Source: a virus
Taxonomy: Duplodnaviria > Caudoviricetes
IMG/VR virus record: IMGVR_UViG_3300033069_001247
Location: 1-64,000 of that record
Length of the DNA stretch: 64,000 nucleotides
Reading direction: 5' to 3' (one strand)
Below are positions 17,675-25,886 of the stretch, in pieces. Below the pieces are notes generated by a model, which made no database searches, had not been told where the DNA came from, and saw nothing but the letters and a program-made list of their open reading frames with translations. Position numbers and translations under genes: made by a program. The first letter of the stretch is position 1. The number at the start of each line of letters is the position of its first letter.

Positions 17675-20600
17675 AAGCAGCATTCTCGGATCACTCCCTG
17701 ATCCGACAACTGAACTGCCTGCGGCTCAGCATCAGCAAATTACCCCTGCGTTACCACCGGCCACTAAGCCGGTGGTACCGTCGTTTCGTAACTTCGGCGA
17801 TACGCAGCGAACGCGGCAATTGATTTTTGACAACGTGCTGAAGGCCGCTCAGGAAATTGAACCTGTCCAGAACCAGCGACACAGTTTGTCGATCGAGAAC
17901 CCCCGGTGGGCAGGTGCAGACAGCTATTCCATTGCTGAGCAGAAGCAAGCAATTCTCAGCCGCGGTACGCTGGGGCGAAAGCTGGTTGGTGATTTTGTCA
18001 TGCGTGATCTGAACGGTGCCGAAATCGGTCGTCGCAGCACGCAGTTGGCTCGTGTCCCTTACATGACAGATAGAGGTACATTCATCGTTGGCGGCAACGA
18101 ATATACGATGGCTCATCAGATGCGGCTTCGTCCTGGCGTGTTCACCCGTAAAAAGCAAAATGGGGAGCTTGAAAGCCATGTCAACGTGTCCAAAGGTGCC
18201 GGTCATCACGTCTACATCGACCCTGCCTCGGGTGTGTTTCGAATTGCCATCGGGCAAGCCAAAATCCCGCTGGTCCCACTCTTACGAGCTATGGGTGTCA
18301 GCGACGGACAGCTTCGCGAAGCCTGGGGGAATTCACTTACAGCGGTGAACATGCAGCATGCCGATCCACAGGCCATCAAAAAGCTGCACGACCGACTCTT
18401 TCGGTATGGACGTAAAAATGAAGCCGGAGAGGCAGCAGACGCCGCGGTCGCGAGGGCATTTAGCGAAATGACACTGGACCCCGAGGTGACCAAGCGAACC
18501 CTGGGGCAGCCATTTTCAAATGCCAACGCCGATATGCTACTGGCTGTGACCAAGAAACTACTGCGTGTATCTCACGGTGAAGATGAAACAGACGATCGTG
18601 ACGCACTGGCCTATCAAAAGCTGGTCGGTCCGGAAGACATCTTTGCAGAGCGACTTCGACGAGCAAAGAATGTCACGCGACAGTTGCTTTGGAAAGCCTC
18701 CGCACGGGGTAATCTGGACAACATGGGATCGAATCCGTACGACGATTCGATTCGCGACGGGTTACTGGGCTCCGGACTTGGGCAACCACTCGGTGAAATC
18801 AATCCTGCCGACATCTTTGACCAACAGGTACGCGTCACACGGATGGGGCAAGGCGGTATCACCAACATGGACGCCGTGCCTGACGAGGCCCGGTCAGTTC
18901 AGCCGTCACAATTTGGGTTTGTGGACTTCCTCCGGACGCCTGAGTGCTATGATTACGAAACTGAAGTCATGACCAGGCAGGGTTGGAAATACTGGCCTGA
19001 TGTTGTCGCGACTGATGAGCTGGCTTGTCAGGTTGATGGGCGGTTGGAGTATCACGTACCACACAAGCTGCATTGTTATCCGTATATCGGTGAACTTTGT
19101 GGTGTGGACACTGGTCGTATTCGGTACCTCGTAACGCCGAACCACCGGGTCTGGGTTCGCAGTTTCCATAAAACTGCTACATATCATTTCGAAGATGCCG
19201 ATCGTGTAAAGAATTTCCGGAAGGTTCAATCTGGCGGCTTCCTGCCGTACATCGGCAGTGATGAGACTGTGTTCCGATTGCCGAAGGTCGCGATCGCACA
19301 CAACCCGCAACAAGTTGCAATGTCAACCACGCTTAACGCTGTCGATTCAATTGATATCGACGACTGGGCTGAGTTTATGGGTTGGTGGCTGGGCGAAGGA
19401 TCATCTTGTTACAAAGAAAGTGACGGCAACGGCAATGTGCTTTACCGCGTCCGTATTTCGCAAAGTCTTGAAGCTAATCCAGCGAACTACGCACAGATTG
19501 ACCTGTTGCTTTCACGCTTACCGTTCAAGTCGTACAAAGACTCGGACAACTGCGGATTTACGATTCCAGGTAAACAGCTAACAGCTTACCTGCGACAGTT
19601 TGGTGGAAGTCACGAACGACACATTCCAGAATCATTGCTACGATCGCGAGTATCTGCGAGACGTAGACTGTTCGAAGCGTTACTGCTGGCTGAGGGTCGC
19701 CGTGATCGTCGCGATGTACGCACACAGTTCTGTACGACAAGCAGGCAGCTCGCAACCGATTTTCAGCGATTGGCGTTCTCACTCGGCTACTCGACGCAGT
19801 ACGCATGGGAGCCTGACGACCGGGAACAATCAAATCATGGCGGGGCACATATTATCCATGTGCATAAGCTAAATGAGCATCAAGTGTTTACCAAACGATC
19901 ACCGTCACAAGGTGGTTGTGGTGATCATTACCGGCAGGCGTATAACGACAATGTGTATTGTGCCACTGTCCCTGGTGGGTTGCTTTACGTGCGGCGTCAG
20001 AACGGACTTGGTCACTGGTCTGGTAATAGTGGCAAGGTCGGCGTGGACGCTCGCCTGGCCGGTGGTGCTGTCAAAGGTGATGATGGTCAGATCTATACCA
20101 AGGTCCGTATGACCGACGGCACAGAGGCCTACAAGAACCCACAGGAGATGGCTGATGCTGTCGTAGCTTTTCCGGGTGAAATCAATCAGAACTCCTCCCA
20201 CGTAGCAGCACTGGTCAAGGGTAAAGTCCGAATGGTTCCCCGCGAAAGCGTGGACTTCGAGATCCCTGATATGGAGCACACGTTCTCGCCACTCGGGAAC
20301 ATGGTACCCAACAAGTCTGCCGTAAAGGGTCAACGCGCAGTGATGGCTGCCCGTATGATTACGCAGGCCTTGCCGCTGCGGAATGCAGAGGCCCCGCATG
20401 TACAAAGCGGCATGCCAGGGCGGACGGACCGGTCGTTTGAAGAGGAATACGCCAAGCATATGGGCGCTGTCCATGCGGACACAGCAGCCCGTATCGAAAG
20501 CGTCGACAGCGACAGCATCAACATGGTGACTGCTGATGGGCAGCGGAAGACAATCCAATTGTACAACAACTTCCCGTACAACCAGAAGACGTTCCAGCAC

Positions 20601-23600
20601 CAGACGGCGACTGTAAAGCCAGGAGATATCGTACAACCAGGACAACTCCTGGCCCGGTCAAATTTCACAGACGCCAATGGCGTCACTGCGTTGGGACTCA
20701 ATGCGCGGGTGGCCTACATTCCCTGGGGCGGGCTCAACTTCGAAGACGCCAACCTGGTCAGCGAGTCATTTGCTAAACGGGCTACGTCCGAGCATATGTA
20801 CCAGCATCAGCATGAGTGGGAGAGTAACGATCAGACGGGTAAAAATGCCTTTGTCTCGATCTTCCCATCCACGTATGACAAGAAGATGCTGGAGAATTTT
20901 GATGACAGCGGTGTGATCAAACCCGGGACTACCGTGAAGCACGGAGATCCATTGATCCTGATCGCCCGGCAGAAAGAGCGGAACAAGAAATCACTGCTGC
21001 AGGGTACCAAGCCCAGCTTTCAGGATATGACGCAGACTTGGGACCATGAAGACGACGGTGTCGTTACCGATGTGGTGCATACCGATAAGGGTGTCTCCGT
21101 GGTGGTGAAGGCCAGCGTTCCGATGCAGGTCGGCGATAAGCTGTGTTTCGATGAAGACACAGAGGTACTTACACGCCGAGGCTGGATACGTGTTGGTGAA
21201 CTGACATTCGATGATGAGATCTGTACGTTGCAGCGTGGTGATAACATTGTGTATCACCACCCGACGGCACTGCATCAGTACGCCGTCGGCGGAGATATGT
21301 ATCGCATCAAGAGCCAACAAATTGATCAATTTGTGACTGTTGATCATGCGCAGTATGTGCAGCATCGCGGTAGCGACGACTTTGTACCAACACGTGCGTC
21401 ATCTGTGCTCGGTAAACGGGTGCGATATAAGAAGAATGGTAACTGGCGAGGCAGAAGTCCTGCGTGCGTTATCATTCCTGGTGTCGACGTACGTGCGGGT
21501 CAATCCGGTAACGGTACACGTCGATTATCAGACATCACACTTACGACTGAGACATATTTGACAATTCTGGGTGCGTTCATTTCTGAAGGTAATCTTGTAG
21601 ATAACCCACAGAGTGGGTCCTACGGGATTGACATCACACAGATCAAGCAGCCAAATCGATCACAGATTATGGCTGAACTCGAACGTCTCGGCATCAAGTT
21701 CAATGAACACGGTGTAGGTACAAAATTGCGTATCTACAGCAAAGTATTGTTGAAACATTTTGAACAATTTGGACGAACCGCCAGTGAGAAACATCTACCA
21801 GCGACTATCTTTGACTGGTCGAAATCTGATTTGCAGATTCTGTTCCGTTGGTTGATGTGGGGCGACGGGTATAGGCACCATACACAACGACCGGTGAACT
21901 ATACGACGACATCACCGCAACTGGCGGATGACGTTCAACGCTTATGTCTGCACATTGGTTATGCAGCCAATGTGGTCAATGATATGCCCGCTACGGTACA
22001 AACAATCAAAGGTAAACAATATGAGTGTTTACCAAGATACAGTGTGCGTGTTGTGACGACTAAGCTCACACCAATGGTGAACCACGGACATACAAAAAAA
22101 CAACGTGTGCAAGAGGAGTACATTGTCAAAGATTACGATCGTCCGGTGTTCTGCGTTACTGTACCTGGGCATGTGTTGTATGTACGTCGGAATGGTAAGC
22201 CTTGCTGGAGTGGCAACTGTGGTCGTTATGGCGATAAAGGTATCATTTCTCACATCATTCCTGATGATCAGATGCCTGTTGGCGCTGACGGCAAACCTTT
22301 CGAAATTTTGTTAAATCCTTTGGGCGTAATATCAAGAACCAATCCTGCACAGATGATTGAAGCCGCCCTTGGAAAGATTGCTGCTCAGCGGGGGCAGGCT
22401 TACAAGATGCCGGACTTCCAGAACCAGGACGATCTGGTCGAGTACGCACTGAGCGAACTGCAGAAGGCTGGAATGAGCGATACGGAGAGCATCACAGATC
22501 CGACCAACGATCGGAAGATTCCAGATGTATTTACCGGTAATCGCTGGTTTATGAAGCTCCATCACACCTCGGAGTCCAAGGCCCAGGGCCGCGGACTCGG
22601 AGCATACACCGCAGAAGGTGTCCCGGCGAAGGGGGGACCAGAAGGGGCTAAACGTATCGGGATGCTGGAGACGAACGCTTTGCTGTCTCACGGGGCCACA
22701 GAAGTGCTGCGTGGTGGTAGTCTGGTGCGTGGGCAGTCAAATCCACAGTTCTGGGCACAGTACATGAGCGGTTTCAAGCCGCCGACACCAGAGGTCCCTG
22801 GGGTTTACCACAAGCTGGTTAACAATCTGCGGGCGTCAGGTATAAATGTCATCCGGGACGGTACGCGGACGCATATCATGGCCCTGACAGACAAAGACAT
22901 CGACCAGATGGCAAGTAACCGTGAACTTCGGAACGTGGAAACGGTCGATTGGAAGAACATGGAGCCCGTCAAGGGTGGGTTGTTCGATCAAGAGTTGACC
23001 GGTGGGCACTCGACATCAGCAGGCGGCGGTAACCGCTGGAGCTACATCAAGCTGCACGAACCGTTGCCAAGCCCCGTGATGGCGGAGCCTATTCGCCGAG
23101 TGCTTGGTATCACCGAAAAGAAGTTTGAGGATGTACTGGCCGGGCGTGAGCAGCTCAACGGTAGCACTGGTCCTGGCGCGATTGGTCACGCGTTGAAGTC
23201 CATCAACGTGGACAATGAGATCGCACGCGCCCGTGAAGAGATCAAGAGCAACAAGCGGACTGCTCGAGATGCGGCAGTCCGCCGGTTGGGTTACCTCAAG
23301 AACGCCAAGCGGTTGAATATCCATCCGGGCGACTGGATGTTGTCCAAGGTTCCTGTGTTGCCGCCCGCATTTCGACCTGTATCAACGATGGGCGCAAATA
23401 AGCTGCCACTGGTAGCCGACGCGAACTACCTGTACAAAGAACTCTGGGACGCCAATCAAAGTCTGAAAGACCTATCGTCCCACCTGGACGAGAATGACAT
23501 CGGTGACGAACGATTGAACGTCTACAAGGCATTCAAGGCAGTGACGGGTCTTGGTGATCCGACGCATGCCAAGAATCAAGAACGAAAAGTGAAAGGGATC

Positions 23601-24281
23601 CTCCAGCATGTCTTTGGATCATCGCCCAAACTCGGACTTGTCCAACGTCGGCTCCTGGGTTCGACGACCGATCTCGTCGGTCGTGCGGTTATTGCACCTG
23701 ATCCTGATCTCGATATGGACCAGGTGGGTATCCCTGAAAACCAAGCCTGGACAATCTATCGCCCAGTGCTCATCCGAAACCTTGTCCGAAAAGGCGTCCC
23801 TCGCCTGCAGGCCGCTAAAGCCGTTGAAGAGAAAACCCCGCTCGCTCGGCAGGCACTCCTCTCGGAAATGGATGAAGGCGTGGTAGTGATCAACCGGGCT
23901 CCGACGCTGCATCGTTATGGGATGATGGCAGCGAGACCCCGTCTGGTGAAAGGAAACGTACTCAAGATCAGCCCGCTTGTGGTTGGCGGTTTCGGGGCTG
24001 ATTTTGATGGCGATGCCATGCAGTATCACGTCCCTGTCGGTGACGATGAGAAGAAGGAAGCCATCGAGAAGATGCTACCCAGCAGAAATCTGTTGTCGGC
24101 TGCCACGTTTAAGGTTCACATATTACCTACACAAGAGTATATTGGTGGGCTGTACGAAGCGACGGCACGTAAAGACTTGATGAACAAGCCTATCGTGTTC
24201 CGTACGAAACGTGACGCCATACGTGCCTACAAAGAAGGACGCATCAATGTCGACAGACAAATCCACATCATCGAAGACTAG
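17664..24281 (+). CDS. rpoB: Phage multisubunit RNA polymerase: beta subunit fused to N-terminal (RpoC1-like) part of beta', with two inteins
   Basis: beta motifs RGTFIVGGNE, NFEDANLVS, GDKL|CGRYGDKG, LNPLGVISR, MKLHH, KRIGMLETNAL; then beta' motifs GGLFD, VPVLPPAFRP, GRAVI, NRAPTLHR, GADFDGDAM, PTQEYIGGLY in one frame. Confidence 0.95.
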   Translation: MEPESSILGSLPDPTTELPAAQHQQITPALPPATKPVVPSFRNFGDTQRTRQLIFDNVLKAAQEIEPVQNQRHSLSIENPRWAGADSYSIAEQKQAILSRGTLGRKLVGDFVMRDLNGAEIGRRSTQLARVPYMTDRGTFIVGGNEYTMAHQMRLRPGVFTRKKQNGELESHVNVSKGAGHHVYIDPASGVFRIAIGQAKIPLVPLLRAMGVSDGQLREAWGNSLTAVNMQHADPQAIKKLHDRLFRYGRKNEAGEAADAAVARAFSEMTLDPEVTKRTLGQPFSNANADMLLAVTKKLLRVSHGEDETDDRDALAYQKLVGPEDIFAERLRRAKNVTRQLLWKASARGNLDNMGSNPYDDSIRDGLLGSGLGQPLGEINPADIFDQQVRVTRMGQGGITNMDAVPDEARSVQPSQFGFVDFLRTPECYDYETEVMTRQGWKYWPDVVATDELACQVDGRLEYHVPHKLHCYPYIGELCGVDTGRIRYLVTPNHRVWVRSFHKTATYHFEDADRVKNFRKVQSGGFLPYIGSDETVFRLPKVAIAHNPQQVAMSTTLNAVDSIDIDDWAEFMGWWLGEGSSCYKESDGNGNVLYRVRISQSLEANPANYAQIDLLLSRLPFKSYKDSDNCGFTIPGKQLTAYLRQFGGSHERHIPESLLRSRVSARRRLFEALLLAEGRRDRRDVRTQFCTTSRQLATDFQRLAFSLGYSTQYAWEPDDREQSNHGGAHIIHVHKLNEHQVFTKRSPSQGGCGDHYRQAYNDNVYCATVPGGLLYVRRQNGLGHWSGNSGKVGVDARLAGGAVKGDDGQIYTKVRMTDGTEAYKNPQEMADAVVAFPGEINQNSSHVAALVKGKVRMVPRESVDFEIPDMEHTFSPLGNMVPNKSAVKGQRAVMAARMITQALPLRNAEAPHVQSGMPGRTDRSFEEEYAKHMGAVHADTAARIESVDSDSINMVTADGQRKTIQLYNNFPYNQKTFQHQTATVKPGDIVQPGQLLARSNFTDANGVTALGLNARVAYIPWGGLNFEDANLVSESFAKRATSEHMYQHQHEWESNDQTGKNAFVSIFPSTYDKKMLENFDDSGVIKPGTTVKHGDPLILIARQKERNKKSLLQGTKPSFQDMTQTWDHEDDGVVTDVVHTDKGVSVVVKASVPMQVGDKLCFDEDTEVLTRRGWIRVGELTFDDEICTLQRGDNIVYHHPTALHQYAVGGDMYRIKSQQIDQFVTVDHAQYVQHRGSDDFVPTRASSVLGKRVRYKKNGNWRGRSPACVIIPGVDVRAGQSGNGTRRLSDITLTTETYLTILGAFISEGNLVDNPQSGSYGIDITQIKQPNRSQIMAELERLGIKFNEHGVGTKLRIYSKVLLKHFEQFGRTASEKHLPATIFDWSKSDLQILFRWLMWGDGYRHHTQRPVNYTTTSPQLADDVQRLCLHIGYAANVVNDMPATVQTIKGKQYECLPRYSVRVVTTKLTPMVNHGHTKKQRVQEEYIVKDYDRPVFCVTVPGHVLYVRRNGKPCWSGNCGRYGDKGIISHIIPDDQMPVGADGKPFEILLNPLGVISRTNPAQMIEAALGKIAAQRGQAYKMPDFQNQDDLVEYALSELQKAGMSDTESITDPTNDRKIPDVFTGNRWFMKLHHTSESKAQGRGLGAYTAEGVPAKGGPEGAKRIGMLETNALLSHGATEVLRGGSLVRGQSNPQFWAQYMSGFKPPTPEVPGVYHKLVNNLRASGINVIRDGTRTHIMALTDKDIDQMASNRELRNVETVDWKNMEPVKGGLFDQELTGGHSTSAGGGNRWSYIKLHEPLPSPVMAEPIRRVLGITEKKFEDVLAGREQLNGSTGPGAIGHALKSINVDNEIARAREEIKSNKRTARDAAVRRLGYLKNAKRLNIHPGDWMLSKVPVLPPAFRPVSTMGANKLPLVADANYLYKELWDANQSLKDLSSHLDENDIGDERLNVYKAFKAVTGLGDPTHAKNQERKVKGILQHVFGSSPKLGLVQRRLLGSTTDLVGRAVIAPDPDLDMDQVGIPENQAWTIYRPVLIRNLVRKGVPRLQAAKAVEEKTPLARQALLSEMDEGVVVINRAPTLHRYGMMAARPRLVKGNVLKISPLVVGGFGADFDGDAMQYHVPVGDDEKKEAIEKMLPSRNLLSAATFKVHILPTQEYIGGLYEATARKDLMNKPIVFRTKRDAIRAYKEGRINVDRQIHIIED
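18945..20027 (+). mobile_element. Intein 1 with LAGLIDADG endonuclease (361 aa) in beta at TPE|SGKVG
   Basis: Starts CYDYETEV, ends YVRRQNGLGHWSGN, +1 Ser; blocks FMGWWLGEG and LFEALLLAEG; removal restores an ETPE-G-x-x-G-like motif. Confidence 0.93.
21144..22217 (+). mobile_element. Intein 2 with LAGLIDADG endonuclease (358 aa) in beta at GDKL|CGRYG
   Basis: Starts CFDEDTEV, ends YVRRNGKPCWSGN, +1 Cys; blocks ILGAFISEG and LFRWLMWGDG. Confidence 0.93.
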
Positions 24282-24843
24282 CACTTGTAAATGGTGTGGT
24301 GTGAATAAGTGCCAACCGTTGGCCAGCCGTTGTCGGTCGTGTCAGGATAGGGTCAATGCCCGCCAGAAGGAGTTGCGGGCAGCAAGAACAGCAGCAGGTC
24401 TCTGTAAGTGCGGTCGCGAGTCGCCGCGAGAAGGGAAGGCTGATTGTCAGCTATGTTTTTCTGAAATGAGTGTGTCACAGAACGTCACGTATCGGAAACG
24501 CAAGCTGGCTGGTCTTTGTAGTTGTGGTGCTGAACCAGACAAAGGATACAAATCGTGCGGCATATGTCGCAACAACTGGAAACGCAAAGGCGAAGTACTT
24601 CGTAGACGCGTGTTCAATCATTACGGGCTGAAGTGCGCCTGCTGTGACGAGGAAACCTATGAGTTCTTGGAGCTTGATCACATTGATGGCGGCGGCAATG
24701 ATCACAGGCGTAGTGTGGGTGCTACATACAGGTGGGTGATACGCAACAACTTCCCACCCGGCTTCCAGACATTGTGTTCCAACTGCAACCGAGCCAAGTT
24801 TCGTTACGGGGTATGCCCACACCAGAAACAGAAAAAGAAGTGA
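24247..24843 (+). CDS. Free-standing HNH endonuclease with N-terminal Cys-rich zinc-finger repeats
   Basis: HYGLKCACC...LELDHIDGGG...FQTLCSNCNRAK; repeats GLCKCG..CQLC, GLCSCG..CGIC; overlaps the 3' end of the RNAP gene (alternative ATG 24211). Confidence 0.85.
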   Translation: MSTDKSTSSKTSTCKWCGVNKCQPLASRCRSCQDRVNARQKELRAARTAAGLCKCGRESPREGKADCQLCFSEMSVSQNVTYRKRKLAGLCSCGAEPDKGYKSCGICRNNWKRKGEVLRRRVFNHYGLKCACCDEETYEFLELDHIDGGGNDHRRSVGATYRWVIRNNFPPGFQTLCSNCNRAKFRYGVCPHQKQKKK

Positions 24844-24925
24844 CAGCTTTCGTTGCACAACCGCATTCGATAGTATTTCAGTCGACATTCGTGGCTGATC
24901 AGGAAGATTGAAACGGAGATCAATT

Positions 24926-25630
24926 ATGGCAAGGATCAACCCAGCATTGATGGAGCTGGCCAAACACAAGACGTGGTCGTTGATTAAGTCAGCGGCTGTG
25001 CCACCCGGTGGTGCTCCGATGGATCCTGCTGCAGGCGGTGCTCCTCCGATGGATCCTTCCATGATGGGCGGTGCCCCTCCTGGCGGCGCCCCAGCAGGAA
25101 TGCCCCCTGCCGGTGCCCCTCCGATGGATCCATCCATGATGGCTGGTGGCGGTGCCCCGATGGCACCTCCGATGGATCCTTCCATGATGGGTGCGCAGCC
25201 CGGAATGATGCCAGGAGCAGCCCCCCAAAAGCTGAAGCCCGAGCAAATGATGCAGATGCTCGACTTCCGCCTGTACAACATGCAGCAGCAAGTGACTGCT
25301 ATTATGAATCACCTCGGCATCACCGTACCAGCTGGTGCGTTGGTAACACCTCCCGGGTCGCCCACACCGGTTGCTGAAGCTGCTTTACCGGGTGGTCCGC
25401 AAGATCCAGGCCCGCCACAGGCGGCGGGCGGTGGTGGTGATGCGGGCGGCGGGGCTTCGGCGATTTCATCGATCGCACCTATTCAAGGGGCCAGCCCGGA
25501 AACCGCGAAGCAGGCCAGTGTTTCTGTGGGTTCACCATACCGGGCAGTGGCATCAAACGATTTCTCCACAAGTGGCACGATCACGGATCGCATCGCAGCT
25601 GTCCGGGCCTTGCTGGCATTGCAGAGCTAA
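24926..25630 (+). CDS. Pro/Gly/Met-rich low-complexity protein with KxA motifs
   Basis: IKSAA and AKQAS flank PPMDPSMMGG repeats and a helical segment (MMQMLDFRLYNMQQQV). Confidence 0.65.
   Translation: MARINPALMELAKHKTWSLIKSAAVPPGGAPMDPAAGGAPPMDPSMMGGAPPGGAPAGMPPAGAPPMDPSMMAGGGAPMAPPMDPSMMGAQPGMMPGAAPQKLKPEQMMQMLDFRLYNMQQQVTAIMNHLGITVPAGALVTPPGSPTPVAEAALPGGPQDPGPPQAAGGGGDAGGGASAISSIAPIQGASPETAKQASVSVGSPYRAVASNDFSTSGTITDRIAAVRALLALQS
25013..25191 (+). repeat. Imperfect coding repeats CTCCGATGGATCC(TTCCATGATGG), four copies
   Basis: Copies near 25014, 25043, 25118 and 25166 encode PMDP/PPMDPSMM. Confidence 0.8.
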
Positions 25631-25633
25631 CCC

Positions 25634-25885
25634 ATGAAGATTCAGATCCACCGCAATCTGCGTGACGTTCAGACACTGGATGTCACGCGGGTTGTGGTGC
25701 TCGACGAATACGATAACCCTGTCGCCCTGGCCATTGCCCTAGATGACGGAATCATCCTGGCCGAGACGGCAGGTAACCCAGTCGAGTTCAATTCCTTACT
25801 GCGAAGCGTAGGGATCAACAAGACAGTAGTTGTTCACGGTGTCAAGCAAGACCCGCTTCCTACGATCAAACTTTCCGGGCCGTGA
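25634..25885 (+). CDS. Small hypothetical protein between RNAP genes
   Basis: 83 aa, beta-rich; its stop lies 1 nt before the beta'-C ATG. Confidence 0.6.
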   Translation: MKIQIHRNLRDVQTLDVTRVVVLDEYDNPVALAIALDDGIILAETAGNPVEFNSLLRSVGINKTVVVHGVKQDPLPTIKLSGP

Positions 25886-25886
25886 C

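Noticed and set aside
17664-24281. KxA cleavage sites within RNAP subunits as proof of packaging
   Set aside because: The few K-x-A occurrences (LKAA, QKQA, AKRA) are near the expected background rate and partly in conserved regions.
25013-25191. CRISPR array or other spaced DNA repeat
   Set aside because: The repeats are irregularly spaced, in-frame coding units with no unique spacers and no cas genes.
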